Origin: Dinoroseobacter sp.
GTDB taxonomy: Bacteria; Pseudomonadota; Alphaproteobacteria; Rhodobacterales; Rhodobacteraceae
DNA length: 64,000 bases
Assembly (NCBI GenBank): GCA_042096155.1
Contig: JBELMC010000001.1
Location: 79,619 to 143,618 of the forward strand
Direction of reading: 5' to 3'
In this document: piece after piece, positions 1-8,839 of the stretch
How the letters are laid out: every line of letters begins with the position of its first letter
How positions within the stretch are numbered: position 1 is the stretch's first letter
Notes under the pieces: generated by a model
Seen by the model: only the letters and a program-made list of their open reading frames with translations
Databases searched by the model: none
Told to the model about the DNA's origin: nothing
Translations under genes and position numbers: made by a program

Positions 1-1
1 G

Positions 2-724
2 GCGATGGCCGAAAGCAGCCTGAAAAAAGGCGAAACGCTGATCGATACGGCAATGACGTTGAACGCGATGCACCCCGATTTGTTGGTCGTGCGCCACCCA
101 CATTCGGGGGCGGTGGATCTGCTGGCTCAGAAGGTCAATTGCGCCGTGCTGAATGCAGGCGACGGCGGGCACGAGCATCCGACCCAAGCGCTGCTGGATG
201 CGCTGACCATCCGCCGCGCCAAGGGGCGGTTGCACCGCCTGAACATCGCGATCTGCGGTGATATTGCCCATAGTCGCGTCGCACGGTCAAACATCATGCT
301 TTTGGGAAAACTGGAAAACCGGATTCGGCTGGTGGCTCCGCCGACCTTGATGCCCGCGCAGGTCGCGCAATTGGGAGTAGAGGTCTTTGACGACATGCGC
401 GAAGGCCTCGCGGGGTGCGACGTCGTGATGATGCTCCGCCTGCAAAAAGAGCGTATGGATGGCGGGTTTATTCCATCCGAGCGCGAATACTACCATCGCT
501 ATGGTCTGGATGCCGACAAGCTTGGCCATGCCAAAGACGACGCCATTGTCATGCATCCCGGGCCGATGAACCGCGGAGTGGAAATCGACGGGCTTCTGGC
601 CGACGATATCAACCGCTCGGTGATTCAAGATCAGGTGGAGATGGGTGTCGCCGTGCGCATGGCGGCGATGGATCTGCTGGCCCGCAACAGCACAGACTTG
701 GCTCCGAGCGGCGTTCTGGTATGA
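2..724 (+). CDS. pyrB: Aspartate carbamoyltransferase catalytic subunit (5' end lies before the window)
   Basis: [35 protein letters not shown] and [12 protein letters not shown] motifs; pyrC follows downstream. Confidence 0.97.
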   Translation, partial: AMAESSLKKGETLIDTAMTLNAMHPDLLVVRHPHSGAVDLLAQKVNCAVLNAGDGGHEHPTQALLDALTIRRAKGRLHRLNIAICGDIAHSRVARSNIMLLGKLENRIRLVAPPTLMPAQVAQLGVEVFDDMREGLAGCDVVMMLRLQKERMDGGFIPSEREYYHRYGLDADKLGHAKDDAIVMHPGPMNRGVEIDGLLADDINRSVIQDQVEMGVAVRMAAMDLLARNSTDLAPSGVLV

Positions 725-1242
725 GCACGGTGATCGAAATCACACGGGGGGAACGCGGCGTGACCCGTGTATTTGCGGTAAATTTGCCTTGGGACGAAGC
801 ACAAGCCGCGACACCCAATGCGCTGCTGGGCACGCCCGAGGCCCCCGAGGGCGCCGCAAACCTGTTCGCCGTCCGCGATCTGGCAGACATCGGCTTGACC
901 GGCTATTTGACCGAAGGCATGGGCCTTCCAAAGGACCAGATCGATGCAGACAAAGACCGTTTGTCCGCCCTCGATGGCCATGTCTTGGTCTTGCGCACCA
1001 ATGCGCTGCAAGGGCGGGCTTTTCGGCTTACCCCCGGCCCAGCACTGACCTTGATCGGCACCTATCATGAGACCGTGCCTGCGCCGGATTTCACACCGCT
1101 GACCTCGGATGCAGCCAAGGGCAGCCTCGCCCCGCCGCCCGCCTCTGAGCCTGTGCGCGCGGGGCTCTCAAAGAGGTTGATCGCGGCGCTTTTTGGGATG
1201 GCCATTGTTTTGTTTGCTCTGCTCACAGGAGCCATCCGATGA
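721..1242 (+). CDS. Hypothetical protein (173 aa) with C-terminal transmembrane anchor
   Basis: ATG at 721 overlaps the pyrB TGA (ATGA); C-terminal hydrophobic stretch [21 protein letters not shown]; the track's extension to 415 overlaps pyrB and is ignored. Confidence 0.8.
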   Translation: MSTVIEITRGERGVTRVFAVNLPWDEAQAATPNALLGTPEAPEGAANLFAVRDLADIGLTGYLTEGMGLPKDQIDADKDRLSALDGHVLVLRTNALQGRAFRLTPGPALTLIGTYHETVPAPDFTPLTSDAAKGSLAPPPASEPVRAGLSKRLIAALFGMAIVLFALLTGAIR

Positions 1243-1670
1243 AATCCTTTTTTGCCCGTCTATTTCGTTTGTCGTCTGCGCCCACCACACCAGATAAGCC
1301 GGTGCCGCTTGAACCCAAAACGGTCCACGTTTTCACCTGCGATTTTGACACTGAACAGGGGTTTTTGAACTACGCCGACCAGCACTGGACCGTTGACGAT
1401 GCCGAGCCGTATTGCGTGATGGAACAGGATTTGTCGCTTCCGTTTCTTGATCGCAATTATGTCGAACTGATCCAAGGCGATGCCGAAGACATCGACCGAC
1501 ATATTCGCCCGCTGCTGGAATATACTTCGGATGCTGATGCCGTTTTTCTGGGCGCCCCGTATGTGCGCCAAGCGGTGCTGATCTACGACCTGGCTCTGCC
1601 CGAGGGGGGCGGCGCCCTGCGCTCCACACCGCAGGCCCGCTATGTGGGCCTTTTGGAGCTGAAAGCATGA
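1239..1670 (+). CDS. Hypothetical protein, Imm22 (immunity protein 22)-like
   Basis: ATGA overlaps at both ends; VHVFTCDFDTEQGFLNY...DLSLPFLDRNYVE...AVLIYDL...RYVG resembles the Imm22 pattern as I recall it. Confidence 0.6.
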   Translation: MKSFFARLFRLSSAPTTPDKPVPLEPKTVHVFTCDFDTEQGFLNYADQHWTVDDAEPYCVMEQDLSLPFLDRNYVELIQGDAEDIDRHIRPLLEYTSDADAVFLGAPYVRQAVLIYDLALPEGGGALRSTPQARYVGLLELKA

Positions 1671-1912
1671 TCTGGCCCGCCTGGGGGGGCAGATCCCGAA
1701 CCCGCACAGAAATCACATGGCCAAAACCCAGCGGCCTGCGCCGCATCGACCTGTCCGCTGATATCAGGTTTTGGGTTCCTGCCCCCGTGCCCGGACCAAT
1801 CGTCGTGACAAATCGTAATATCACCAAGACCCGCCAGACCGGACTTGACGGCAATGCGGTCCAGACCGCCCACACCGGAGCGCGCATGGTTCAACCGGAT
1901 GAGCTTTCATGA
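1667..1912 (+). CDS. Small hypothetical protein (81 aa)
   Basis: Exactly fills the gap to pyrC with ATGA overlaps at 1667-1670 and 1909-1912; no recognisable motif. Confidence 0.45.
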   Translation: MIWPAWGGRSRTRTEITWPKPSGLRRIDLSADIRFWVPAPVPGPIVVTNRNITKTRQTGLDGNAVQTAHTGARMVQPDELS

Positions 1913-3189
1913 CAAGCTTGCATTTCATCAATGCCACCTTGATTGATCCTGAAGCCGACGCGCCACACACCGGCTCTCTTCTGGTCGAGGACGGCCAGAT
2001 CAGCGCGATTGACCCGATGCGCATTCCGCGATCGGCCAAGACGATCGAATGTGCAGGTCAATGCCTTGCCCCGGGTATCGTCGATCTTGGGGTAAAGATC
2101 GGTGAGCCCGGCGAACGCCATAAAGAAAGCTTCAAAACCGCTGGACAAGCCGCCGCCGCCGGAGGGGTGACCACAATTGTCACCCGCGCCGACACGACCC
2201 CCGCAATTGATACCCCCGAGGCACTCAACTTCGTGATCCAACGCGCCCAGAACATGGCCACTGTCCGTATCGTACCCATGGCGGCGCTGACCAAAGATCG
2301 TGCTGGCCGTGAAATGACCGAGATCAGCTTTCTGCAAGATGCCGGTGCTGTGGCCTTCTCAGACGGGGATGCCGTGGTTCGGGACCCCAAGGTTTTTGCC
2401 CGCGCGCTGACCTATGCGCGTGGCCTCGGCGCGTTGGTGATCGCCCATGTCCAGGATCCGGGGCTCTCTGCTGGGGCGGCGGTCACCTCCGGTAAATTCG
2501 CCACTCTGCGCGGCCTGCCTGCTGTGTCTCCGATCGCCGAACGCATGGGGCTGGAACGCGACCTCGCCCTGGTCGAGATGACCGGTGCACGCTACCATGC
2601 CGACCAGATTTCGGCGGGCACCAGCCTTCCGGCGCTGCAACGGGCCAAAGATGCAGGACTGGATGTGACCGCAGGGGTGTCGGTCCATCACCTGACGCTG
2701 AATGCGCTGGATGTGGGCGACTATCGCACTTTCTTTAAGGTTAAGCCGCCTTTGCGCGACGAGATCGATCGCCTGGCCATGGTCGATGCCGTCGCTTCGG
2801 GTCTGATCGATATCATCTGCTCGATGCACACCCCACAGGACGAAGATTCCAAACGCCTTCCCTTCGAGGAAGCTGCCAGCGGCGCCGTTGGTCTTCAGAC
2901 CTTGTTGCCTGCCACACTGCGTCTTTATCACGGGGGTCAGCTCAGCCTGAACGCTGTGTTCCGCGCCATGGCGCTCAACCCGGCCAAACGGCTCAGCCTG
3001 CCAACAGGGCGGATGCGTGTCGGTGCACCGGCCGATCTTGTGCTGTTCGATCCGGACGCGCCTTTTATCTTAGACCGCACCAAACTACAGTCGAAGTCAA
3101 AGAACACCCCTTTCGACGGAGCCCGCCTGCAAGGTAAAGTGCGCGCAACCTATGTGGGGGGCGCCGAAGTTTTCGCGTCATCGTCCTAG
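1909..3189 (+). CDS. pyrC: Dihydroorotase (multifunctional-complex type)
   Basis: APGIVD, AAAGGVTT, KVKPPLR, AASGAVGLQTLL and ADLVLFD amidohydrolase motifs; same operon as pyrB. Confidence 0.93.
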   Translation: MTSLHFINATLIDPEADAPHTGSLLVEDGQISAIDPMRIPRSAKTIECAGQCLAPGIVDLGVKIGEPGERHKESFKTAGQAAAAGGVTTIVTRADTTPAIDTPEALNFVIQRAQNMATVRIVPMAALTKDRAGREMTEISFLQDAGAVAFSDGDAVVRDPKVFARALTYARGLGALVIAHVQDPGLSAGAAVTSGKFATLRGLPAVSPIAERMGLERDLALVEMTGARYHADQISAGTSLPALQRAKDAGLDVTAGVSVHHLTLNALDVGDYRTFFKVKPPLRDEIDRLAMVDAVASGLIDIICSMHTPQDEDSKRLPFEEAASGAVGLQTLLPATLRLYHGGQLSLNAVFRAMALNPAKRLSLPTGRMRVGAPADLVLFDPDAPFILDRTKLQSKSKNTPFDGARLQGKVRATYVGGAEVFASSS

Positions 3190-3212
3190 AAACCTCAAAA
3201 CCGGAGACCCCG

Positions 3213-3824
3213 ATGCCCGAGATCACCACAGCTGCTCCCTTGCTCGGCCTCACGGCCCTCCTGGCGTATCTTCTTGGGGCCATTCCTTTTGGCATCGTCA
3301 TTGCCCGACTGTTTGGTCTCGGCGATCTGCGCGCGATTGGGTCCGGCAATATCGGTGCAACCAATGTCTTGCGCACAGGCAACAAAGCTGCCGCGGCCCT
3401 GACGCTGATAGGCGATGCGGGCAAAGCAGGGGCTGCGGTTATAATCGCGCGCGTTGTTCTGGGCGAGGACGCCGCACAGCTTGCCGGTTTCATGGCGTTT
3501 TTGGGCCATTGTTTTCCGGTTTATCTGGCGTTCAAAGGCGGCAAGGGGGTCGCGACCTATCTGGGCACATTGCTTGCCCTCGTGTGGCCCATCGGACTGG
3601 GCGCCTGCTTGATCTGGCTCGCCATTGCGCGGCTGTTCCGGATCAGCTCGCTTGCCGCGCTTGTGACGGCGCTTTTGACCCCGGCATTGGCATGGGGTAT
3701 CAATCGACCAGACGTGCTTATCTTATTGGCTGCGCTCGGATTATTGATCTGGATCCGCCATCATGAAAACACAATTCGTCTGCTTAATGGCACCGAATCA
3801 AAGATTGAAGCCAAAAAAGACTAG
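3213..3824 (+). CDS. plsY: Glycerol-3-phosphate 1-O-acyltransferase PlsY
   Basis: GSGNIGATNVLR, GHCFPV-FKGGKGVAT and RHHENTIRLLNGTE motifs. Confidence 0.97.
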   Translation: MPEITTAAPLLGLTALLAYLLGAIPFGIVIARLFGLGDLRAIGSGNIGATNVLRTGNKAAAALTLIGDAGKAGAAVIIARVVLGEDAAQLAGFMAFLGHCFPVYLAFKGGKGVATYLGTLLALVWPIGLGACLIWLAIARLFRISSLAALVTALLTPALAWGINRPDVLILLAALGLLIWIRHHENTIRLLNGTESKIEAKKD

Positions 3825-3828
3825 GACG

Positions 3829-4434
3829 ATGACCTTTTTTGCCGCAATCGGCAGCAGCTATGCCAATCTTTTCCGTCTCTCCGGACGTGCCAGTCGGTCT
3901 GAGTATTGGTGGTTCATTTTGTACCAAAACGTTGTGGGTTTTGCCGTCGCTGCCGCCATTGTTTTGATCGCCTTTCGATCTGTGCTTTCTGATGGAAGCC
4001 CATCCTTCGTACCATCAAGCAAGATCATTCGCCCCGATACGATCGGGCAGGACACAATCTGGTTATTATTTATCGCGTATTTGCTCTTGTTTGTGGTGCC
4101 AGGCCTCACATTGACAGTACGACGGCTGCACGACACGAACCGGTCAGGGTATTGGATTTGGTTCCTGCCTTTCACGATGACGCTGGACGGCTTTTTAGAC
4201 CAGACCTCAATCATCGGCTGGGCTGGTTTTCTTTTGATGGCGTTTTTCCTGTGTCTTCCAGGGACACCTGGCCACAACAAATATGGCCCTAATCCTTTGC
4301 GACCCAAAGGCCACCTTCGCAATGCGCCGCTAACTTATCCACCTGAGATTTTGGCAAAAAATGCGAAAAACGAAGAAGCCCGCCGGAGTGAGATTATGGC
4401 GTATTACCGCAAAAACGTCGCCAAAGGCAAATAA
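3829..4434 (+). CDS. DUF805 (YhaH-like) inner membrane protein
   Basis: SGRASRSEYWWF, LTVRRLHDTNRSG and PGTPGHNKYGPNP motifs; ATG at 3829 just after the plsY stop. Confidence 0.9.
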   Translation: MTFFAAIGSSYANLFRLSGRASRSEYWWFILYQNVVGFAVAAAIVLIAFRSVLSDGSPSFVPSSKIIRPDTIGQDTIWLLFIAYLLLFVVPGLTLTVRRLHDTNRSGYWIWFLPFTMTLDGFLDQTSIIGWAGFLLMAFFLCLPGTPGHNKYGPNPLRPKGHLRNAPLTYPPEILAKNAKNEEARRSEIMAYYRKNVAKGK

Positions 4435-4482
4435 GGTGCCCTGCAAAGCCTGAAAGACCCGCGCGACAATTCAATACGCAAA

Positions 4483-4850
4483 ATGACGGGTTTTGACGCG
4501 GCAATCGGTGGCAGCTTCAAAATTTACGTCACATTTTCAGGACACGCGAGACAGTCCGCGTACTGGTTCTAGAAACCTTTTGCCATCCTTATCGGCTTCA
4601 TAACAGACCTCATTGATCAGCTCGCCTTTTTGTCAAATGTCGGTCTCGTCAATGATGTGGCCTGGCTTGTGCTGATTTCGCCGGGCTTGGCGGTTGGCGC
4701 ATGGCGTCTCACATCACCAAGATCGCAGCGCCTGGTGGTTGTTGCTGTGTATATTACCGGTAATCGGGTGGTTGGTTTTTTGTTTTACGAGACAGCCAAG
4801 GACACAACCGTTTTTGGGCCTGATCCACTCGGCACCGGCCCGAGTTCAGG
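4483..4850 (+). pseudogene. Degraded second DUF805 gene
   Basis: ATG 4483 gives MTGFDAAIGGSFKIYVTFSGHARQSAYWF, then TAG at 4570-4572; the same frame resumes with ...PGLAVGAWRL; the segment DRSAWWLLLCILPVIGWLVF is in another frame; the first frame returns for FGPDPL. Confidence 0.8.
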
Positions 4851-4999
4851 GGGAAGACTTTTCCTCATACACGCCACGGCAGAACAAAATTCCCGACGTC
4901 AAACGCCAAGCGATGCCGAAACGGCTTGGTTTGACAGCATAGACCGGCGCATGATCACCGCAAGCGATCCCGACAAGGACACCGAACATCTAAATTGCG

Positions 5000-6370
5000 T
5001 TAATACGAGTAATCCTCGTAAATCCGGGTCAAATCACCGTTCCAGTCTCCGTGATACCGGGCCAAAAGCTCGTCGGCTGGGGTTTGACCACTGTCGAGCG
5101 TTTCGCGAACCGCGTTCAGAAAATGGGTCTCGTCTGGCACCAAACCACCTGCTCCCGGACGCGCGCGCGCCTTTAGGCCGGTTTCGGATATCGCAACCGC
5201 TTCTCGGGCCAGCTGAGCCATTTTGATGTTGCCAACTTGCGCATGAAGCCCGTCCACCGATGCCGCAATACGAAGGGCGTCTCGGGTCTCGGCGTCAAAG
5301 CCTTTCACCAGATCCCACGCCGCATCAAGCGCGGTTTGATCATAACACAGCCCAACCCAAAACGCGGGCAGCGCGCATAAACGCCGCCAAGGGCCGCCAT
5401 CGGCGCCACGCATCTCGATATATTTTTTCATGCGCGCTTCGGGAAATGCGGTGGTCAAATGATCCGCCCAATCGCTCATCAACGGTTTTTCACCCGGCAA
5501 TGCGGGCAGCGCGCCGTTCAAGAAATCGCGAAATGACTGGCCCAGCGCATTGATATATCTGCCATCGCGATAGACAAAATACATTGGCACATCCAGCGCG
5601 TAATCCACCCAACGATCAAACCCGAACCCGTCTTCAAACACAAACGGCAGCATCCCCGTGCGCGCCGGGTCAAGATCGCGCCAGATGCGGCTGCGCCAGG
5701 ATTTATGGCCGTTCGGCTTGCCCTCAAAGAACGGCGAATTTGCAAACAACGCGGTCGCCACCGGCTGCAACGCAAGCGCCACACGCATTTTTTGCACCAT
5801 ATCTGCTTCGGATCCAAAATCGAGATTGACCTGAACAGTACAGGTCCGACGCATCATCGACGTCCCCATCGTGCCGACTTTTTGCATATAGTCGTTCATC
5901 AGCTTGTAGCGGCCCTTGGGCATCAAAGGCATGTCGTCATGGCGCCAAATCGGGGCGGCCCCCAGACCGATCCAGCGCACACCGATCCTTTCAGAGACAT
6001 CTTTGACCTCGCGCAAATGTGCGTTCACCTCGTCGCAAGTCTCATGGATCGATTCGAGTGGCGCCCCGGACAATTCCAATGCGCCGCCCGGTTCCAGACT
6101 GACATTCGCCCGATCTTTTTCCAAACCGATCAACTGACCCGCTTCGAGAACCGGTGACCAGCCATAGTCATCGCGCAACCCTTCGAGCACCGCGTGAATG
6201 GAACGGGCCCCCGCATAGGGCAGAGGCCTCAGCCCATCCTGACAATACCCGAACTTTTCATGCTCTGTGCCGATGCGCCAATCTGATTTGGGCTTGCAGC
6301 CGGATGCGAGATACTCGGCCAGTTGATCGCGGCTCTCGATGAGACTGCCACCTGATTGGGGAATGGACAT
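5000..6370 (-). CDS. gshA: Glutamate--cysteine ligase (alphaproteobacterial/plant type)
   Basis: IGTEHEKF, SLEPGGALELSGAP, MMRRTCTVQVNLD and EMRGADGGPW motifs. Confidence 0.96.
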   Translation of the reverse strand: MSIPQSGGSLIESRDQLAEYLASGCKPKSDWRIGTEHEKFGYCQDGLRPLPYAGARSIHAVLEGLRDDYGWSPVLEAGQLIGLEKDRANVSLEPGGALELSGAPLESIHETCDEVNAHLREVKDVSERIGVRWIGLGAAPIWRHDDMPLMPKGRYKLMNDYMQKVGTMGTSMMRRTCTVQVNLDFGSEADMVQKMRVALALQPVATALFANSPFFEGKPNGHKSWRSRIWRDLDPARTGMLPFVFEDGFGFDRWVDYALDVPMYFVYRDGRYINALGQSFRDFLNGALPALPGEKPLMSDWADHLTTAFPEARMKKYIEMRGADGGPWRRLCALPAFWVGLCYDQTALDAAWDLVKGFDAETRDALRIAASVDGLHAQVGNIKMAQLAREAVAISETGLKARARPGAGGLVPDETHFLNAVRETLDSGQTPADELLARYHGDWNGDLTRIYEDYSY

Positions 6371-6415
6371 AGCGAAAAGCTCCGGGGCACGTGGCGTTGT
6401 CTCAGACCTGTCGTG

Positions 6416-6964
6416 TCACCGCAGCGCTGTCAAGCCAGAGACAGTCGTGTTGCGCCATACGCTGGTTGTGCCGGGTCGCGCAGATTTCACAGCCCGGACC
6501 AAGACCATCGAAGACAAATCGGGCAATGCGCTGAACACATCAAACAATTGATCCGCCCCGGCCGCATCATGTGGAATCGTCAACGCATGGGTCGGGGTGA
6601 TCAAGAACCAACTGAGCCGTCCTTGGTCATTGCGCAGCCGCAGTTCAATCAGCTCTGCAATATCGATGTGACCGCCGATATTGGGCGCAAAATAGCCGAT
6701 CTGACCTTCGTCGAGCGTGACCATCCCGGGCGCGTCTGCGGATCCCGCGAACCGCAGTCGCCGCAGCCCAAGCACGATATAACTGACCGAGAGCACACAT
6801 AAAAGCCAGCCAAGCCCTTGTTGGACGTAGCCAATCTGAGCGGTCAGAAAAAGCCCGACACCCAGCGCAGCGGCACCGGCGATGATTTCTCGCCACCGGT
6901 ACAGCACGGCTGTCGCCTGGGGGCGCAAGAAACCGCTCACCAATCCCCCAAGACGGTTTGCCAC
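6416..6964 (-). CDS. Hypothetical membrane protein (2 TM plus soluble domain); start uncertain (GTG 6964 or 6940)
   Basis: Two hydrophobic helices, then RRLRF...PGMVTLDEGQIGYFAP; co-oriented between rsmE and gshA. Confidence 0.8.
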   Translation of the reverse strand: MANRLGGLVSGFLRPQATAVLYRWREIIAGAAALGVGLFLTAQIGYVQQGLGWLLCVLSVSYIVLGLRRLRFAGSADAPGMVTLDEGQIGYFAPNIGGHIDIAELIELRLRNDQGRLSWFLITPTHALTIPHDAAGADQLFDVFSALPDLSSMVLVRAVKSARPGTTSVWRNTTVSGLTALR

Positions 6965-7662
6965 AATGTCAGCGCTGCGACGGCGGCAGTATCAGCCCGC
7001 AGGATTCGCGGGCCCAGGCTGACCGGCGTTATGAAATCAAAGGCCCTGAGTTTCGATCGCTCCGGAGCGGAAAAGCCCCCCTCAGGACCGATCAGTATCG
7101 CCCATTTTGCAGCAGGCTCCGCCGCCATCAGCGATGCGCGCGCACCGGCAAGATCTTCATCGCAAAACATCAGCCGACGCTCAGGGTCCCAATGTGTCAG
7201 CATTTTGTCCAAGCGGATGAGCGGATCAACCTCCGGCACATAAGTGCCGCCGCATTGCTCGGCCGCTTCGACTGCATGGGCTTGCAAACGTGCGCGGTTG
7301 ATTCGTTCAGAATTGGTGTATTGGGTCTGAACTGGCAAGATCCGAGCAGCGCCCATTTCAGTGGCTTTTTCAACGATAAAATCGGTGCGTGCTTTCTTGA
7401 TGGGCGCGAAGATCAGCCACAAATCGGGCGGCATTTGTTGCGGGCGGGTCTGGTTTTGCAAGATCAATTCACCGGCGCGTTTGCCAGCTTCAGTCACCTT
7501 CGCGCGCCATTCTCCGTCGCGGCCATTGAACACGAAAATCGCATCCCCAGCCCCAAGGCGCATCACACCAAACAGGTAATGGGCTTGATCCCGCGTCAAA
7601 GGGACCGTTTGCCCCTTCGACAGCGCTTCGCTAACACATAACCTGATTTTTGCATCTGCCAT
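6937..7662 (-). CDS. rsmE: 16S rRNA m3U1498 methyltransferase RsmE
   Basis: HYLFGVMRL, EKATEMG, EAAEQC, IGPEGGFS and LGPRILRADTA motifs; start taken at MADAKIRL (7662). Confidence 0.96.
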   Translation of the reverse strand: MADAKIRLCVSEALSKGQTVPLTRDQAHYLFGVMRLGAGDAIFVFNGRDGEWRAKVTEAGKRAGELILQNQTRPQQMPPDLWLIFAPIKKARTDFIVEKATEMGAARILPVQTQYTNSERINRARLQAHAVEAAEQCGGTYVPEVDPLIRLDKMLTHWDPERRLMFCDEDLAGARASLMAAEPAAKWAILIGPEGGFSAPERSKLRAFDFITPVSLGPRILRADTAAVAALTLWQTVLGDW

Positions 7663-7674
7663 GGGACTGTTTCT

Positions 7675-8637
7675 ATGACCAATGCTGCGCGAACGCCAGA
7701 CGGACAAGTTGCAGATGCCGCTCCTGAAAATTGGGTCGACCGGTTTGCGCCGCTGGCGAGCCGACCATACTTGCGGCTCAGTCGTGCAGATCGGCCAATC
7801 GGCACGTGGCTGTTGTTGTTGCCGTGCTGGTGGGCGGCATTTTTGGCAGCCGCGACGCAAGGCGGCCCCGACTTGGGCACATTTTGGCTGATCCTCGGGT
7901 GCGCGATCGGCGCAGTCTTGATGCGGGGGGCGGGTTGTACTTGGAATGACATCTCTGACCGTAAATTTGACGCCCAGGTTGCACGCACCCGGTCCCGGCC
8001 AATTCCGTCGGGCCAAGTCTCGGTGCGCCAAGCCGCGATTTGGATGGCTGTGCAGGCCCTGATGGCCTTGACCGTGCTAGTGACCTTCAATTTGCCAGCA
8101 ATTGTTTTGGGAATTTTATCGCTCAGCACGGTCGTGGTCTATCCGTTTGCCAAACGCTTCACGTGGTGGCCGCAGGTCTTTCTGGGTCTTGCGTTCAACT
8201 GGGGCGCCTTGCTGGCCTGGACCGCTGAGACCGGACGACTGGACCCCCCAGCCTTCGTCTTGTACCTGGCTGGAATCGCTTGGACCTTGTTCTACGATAC
8301 GATTTATGCCCACCAAGACACCGAGGACGATGCCTTGATTGGCGTGAAATCGACCGCACGGCTGTTTGGCGCACATTCAAAGCGTTGGCTGGCCGGTTTT
8401 ACAGGTGCGGCCGTGCTGGTGTTGACCGCCGCGGTGGTGATGGCGCTCGGGCCTTTGGGCAATCCCTGGGCCTTGTTTTTGGGCGTTGCAGCGGCATCGG
8501 CGATGGGCTGGCATCTGATTTGGCAACTGCGGGTGTTTGATCAAAACGATCCCGAAACCTGTCTGCGCTTGTTCCGCGCCAATCGCGACACTGGTTTGCT
8601 GGTCGCGCTGTTTTTGGCAGCCGCAAGCGTTGTTTAG
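7675..8637 (+). CDS. ubiA: 4-hydroxybenzoate octaprenyltransferase
   Basis: RADRPIGTWLLLLP, GAGCTWND--DRKFDAQVARTRSRP and YDTIYAHQD-EDD motifs. Confidence 0.96.
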   Translation: MTNAARTPDGQVADAAPENWVDRFAPLASRPYLRLSRADRPIGTWLLLLPCWWAAFLAAATQGGPDLGTFWLILGCAIGAVLMRGAGCTWNDISDRKFDAQVARTRSRPIPSGQVSVRQAAIWMAVQALMALTVLVTFNLPAIVLGILSLSTVVVYPFAKRFTWWPQVFLGLAFNWGALLAWTAETGRLDPPAFVLYLAGIAWTLFYDTIYAHQDTEDDALIGVKSTARLFGAHSKRWLAGFTGAAVLVLTAAVVMALGPLGNPWALFLGVAAASAMGWHLIWQLRVFDQNDPETCLRLFRANRDTGLLVALFLAAASVV

Positions 8638-8793
8638 CAAATACAAAGCCCGGCGCGGCCTGCGCGCGGCGCGGCGAAGAGGCAAAGCGGCGAGGGCTGG
8701 CAAAACCACAGCCCACCGGCAAAACCACGCCGAAATGTAATTGTCTTTCGTGCCGCGAGCATGAAGTGTGATTGAACCATCCTGCGACGCAAG

Positions 8794-8809
8794 GTAAGAT
8801 TGCGTTAAC
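8794..8809 (+). promoter_or_regulatory. Candidate CtrA-binding box
   Basis: GTAA-gattgcg-TTAAC, one mismatch to TTAA-N7-TTAAC, about 30 bp upstream of the OmpA-family gene. Confidence 0.4.
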
Positions 8810-8839
8810 GAATACACTCCCACCACTCAAGGTCCTGAT

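Noticed and set aside
4630-5226. 198-aa ORF after the DUF805 gene
   Set aside because: It is a fragment of the DUF805 pseudogene reading on into the antisense strand of gshA, not an independent gene.
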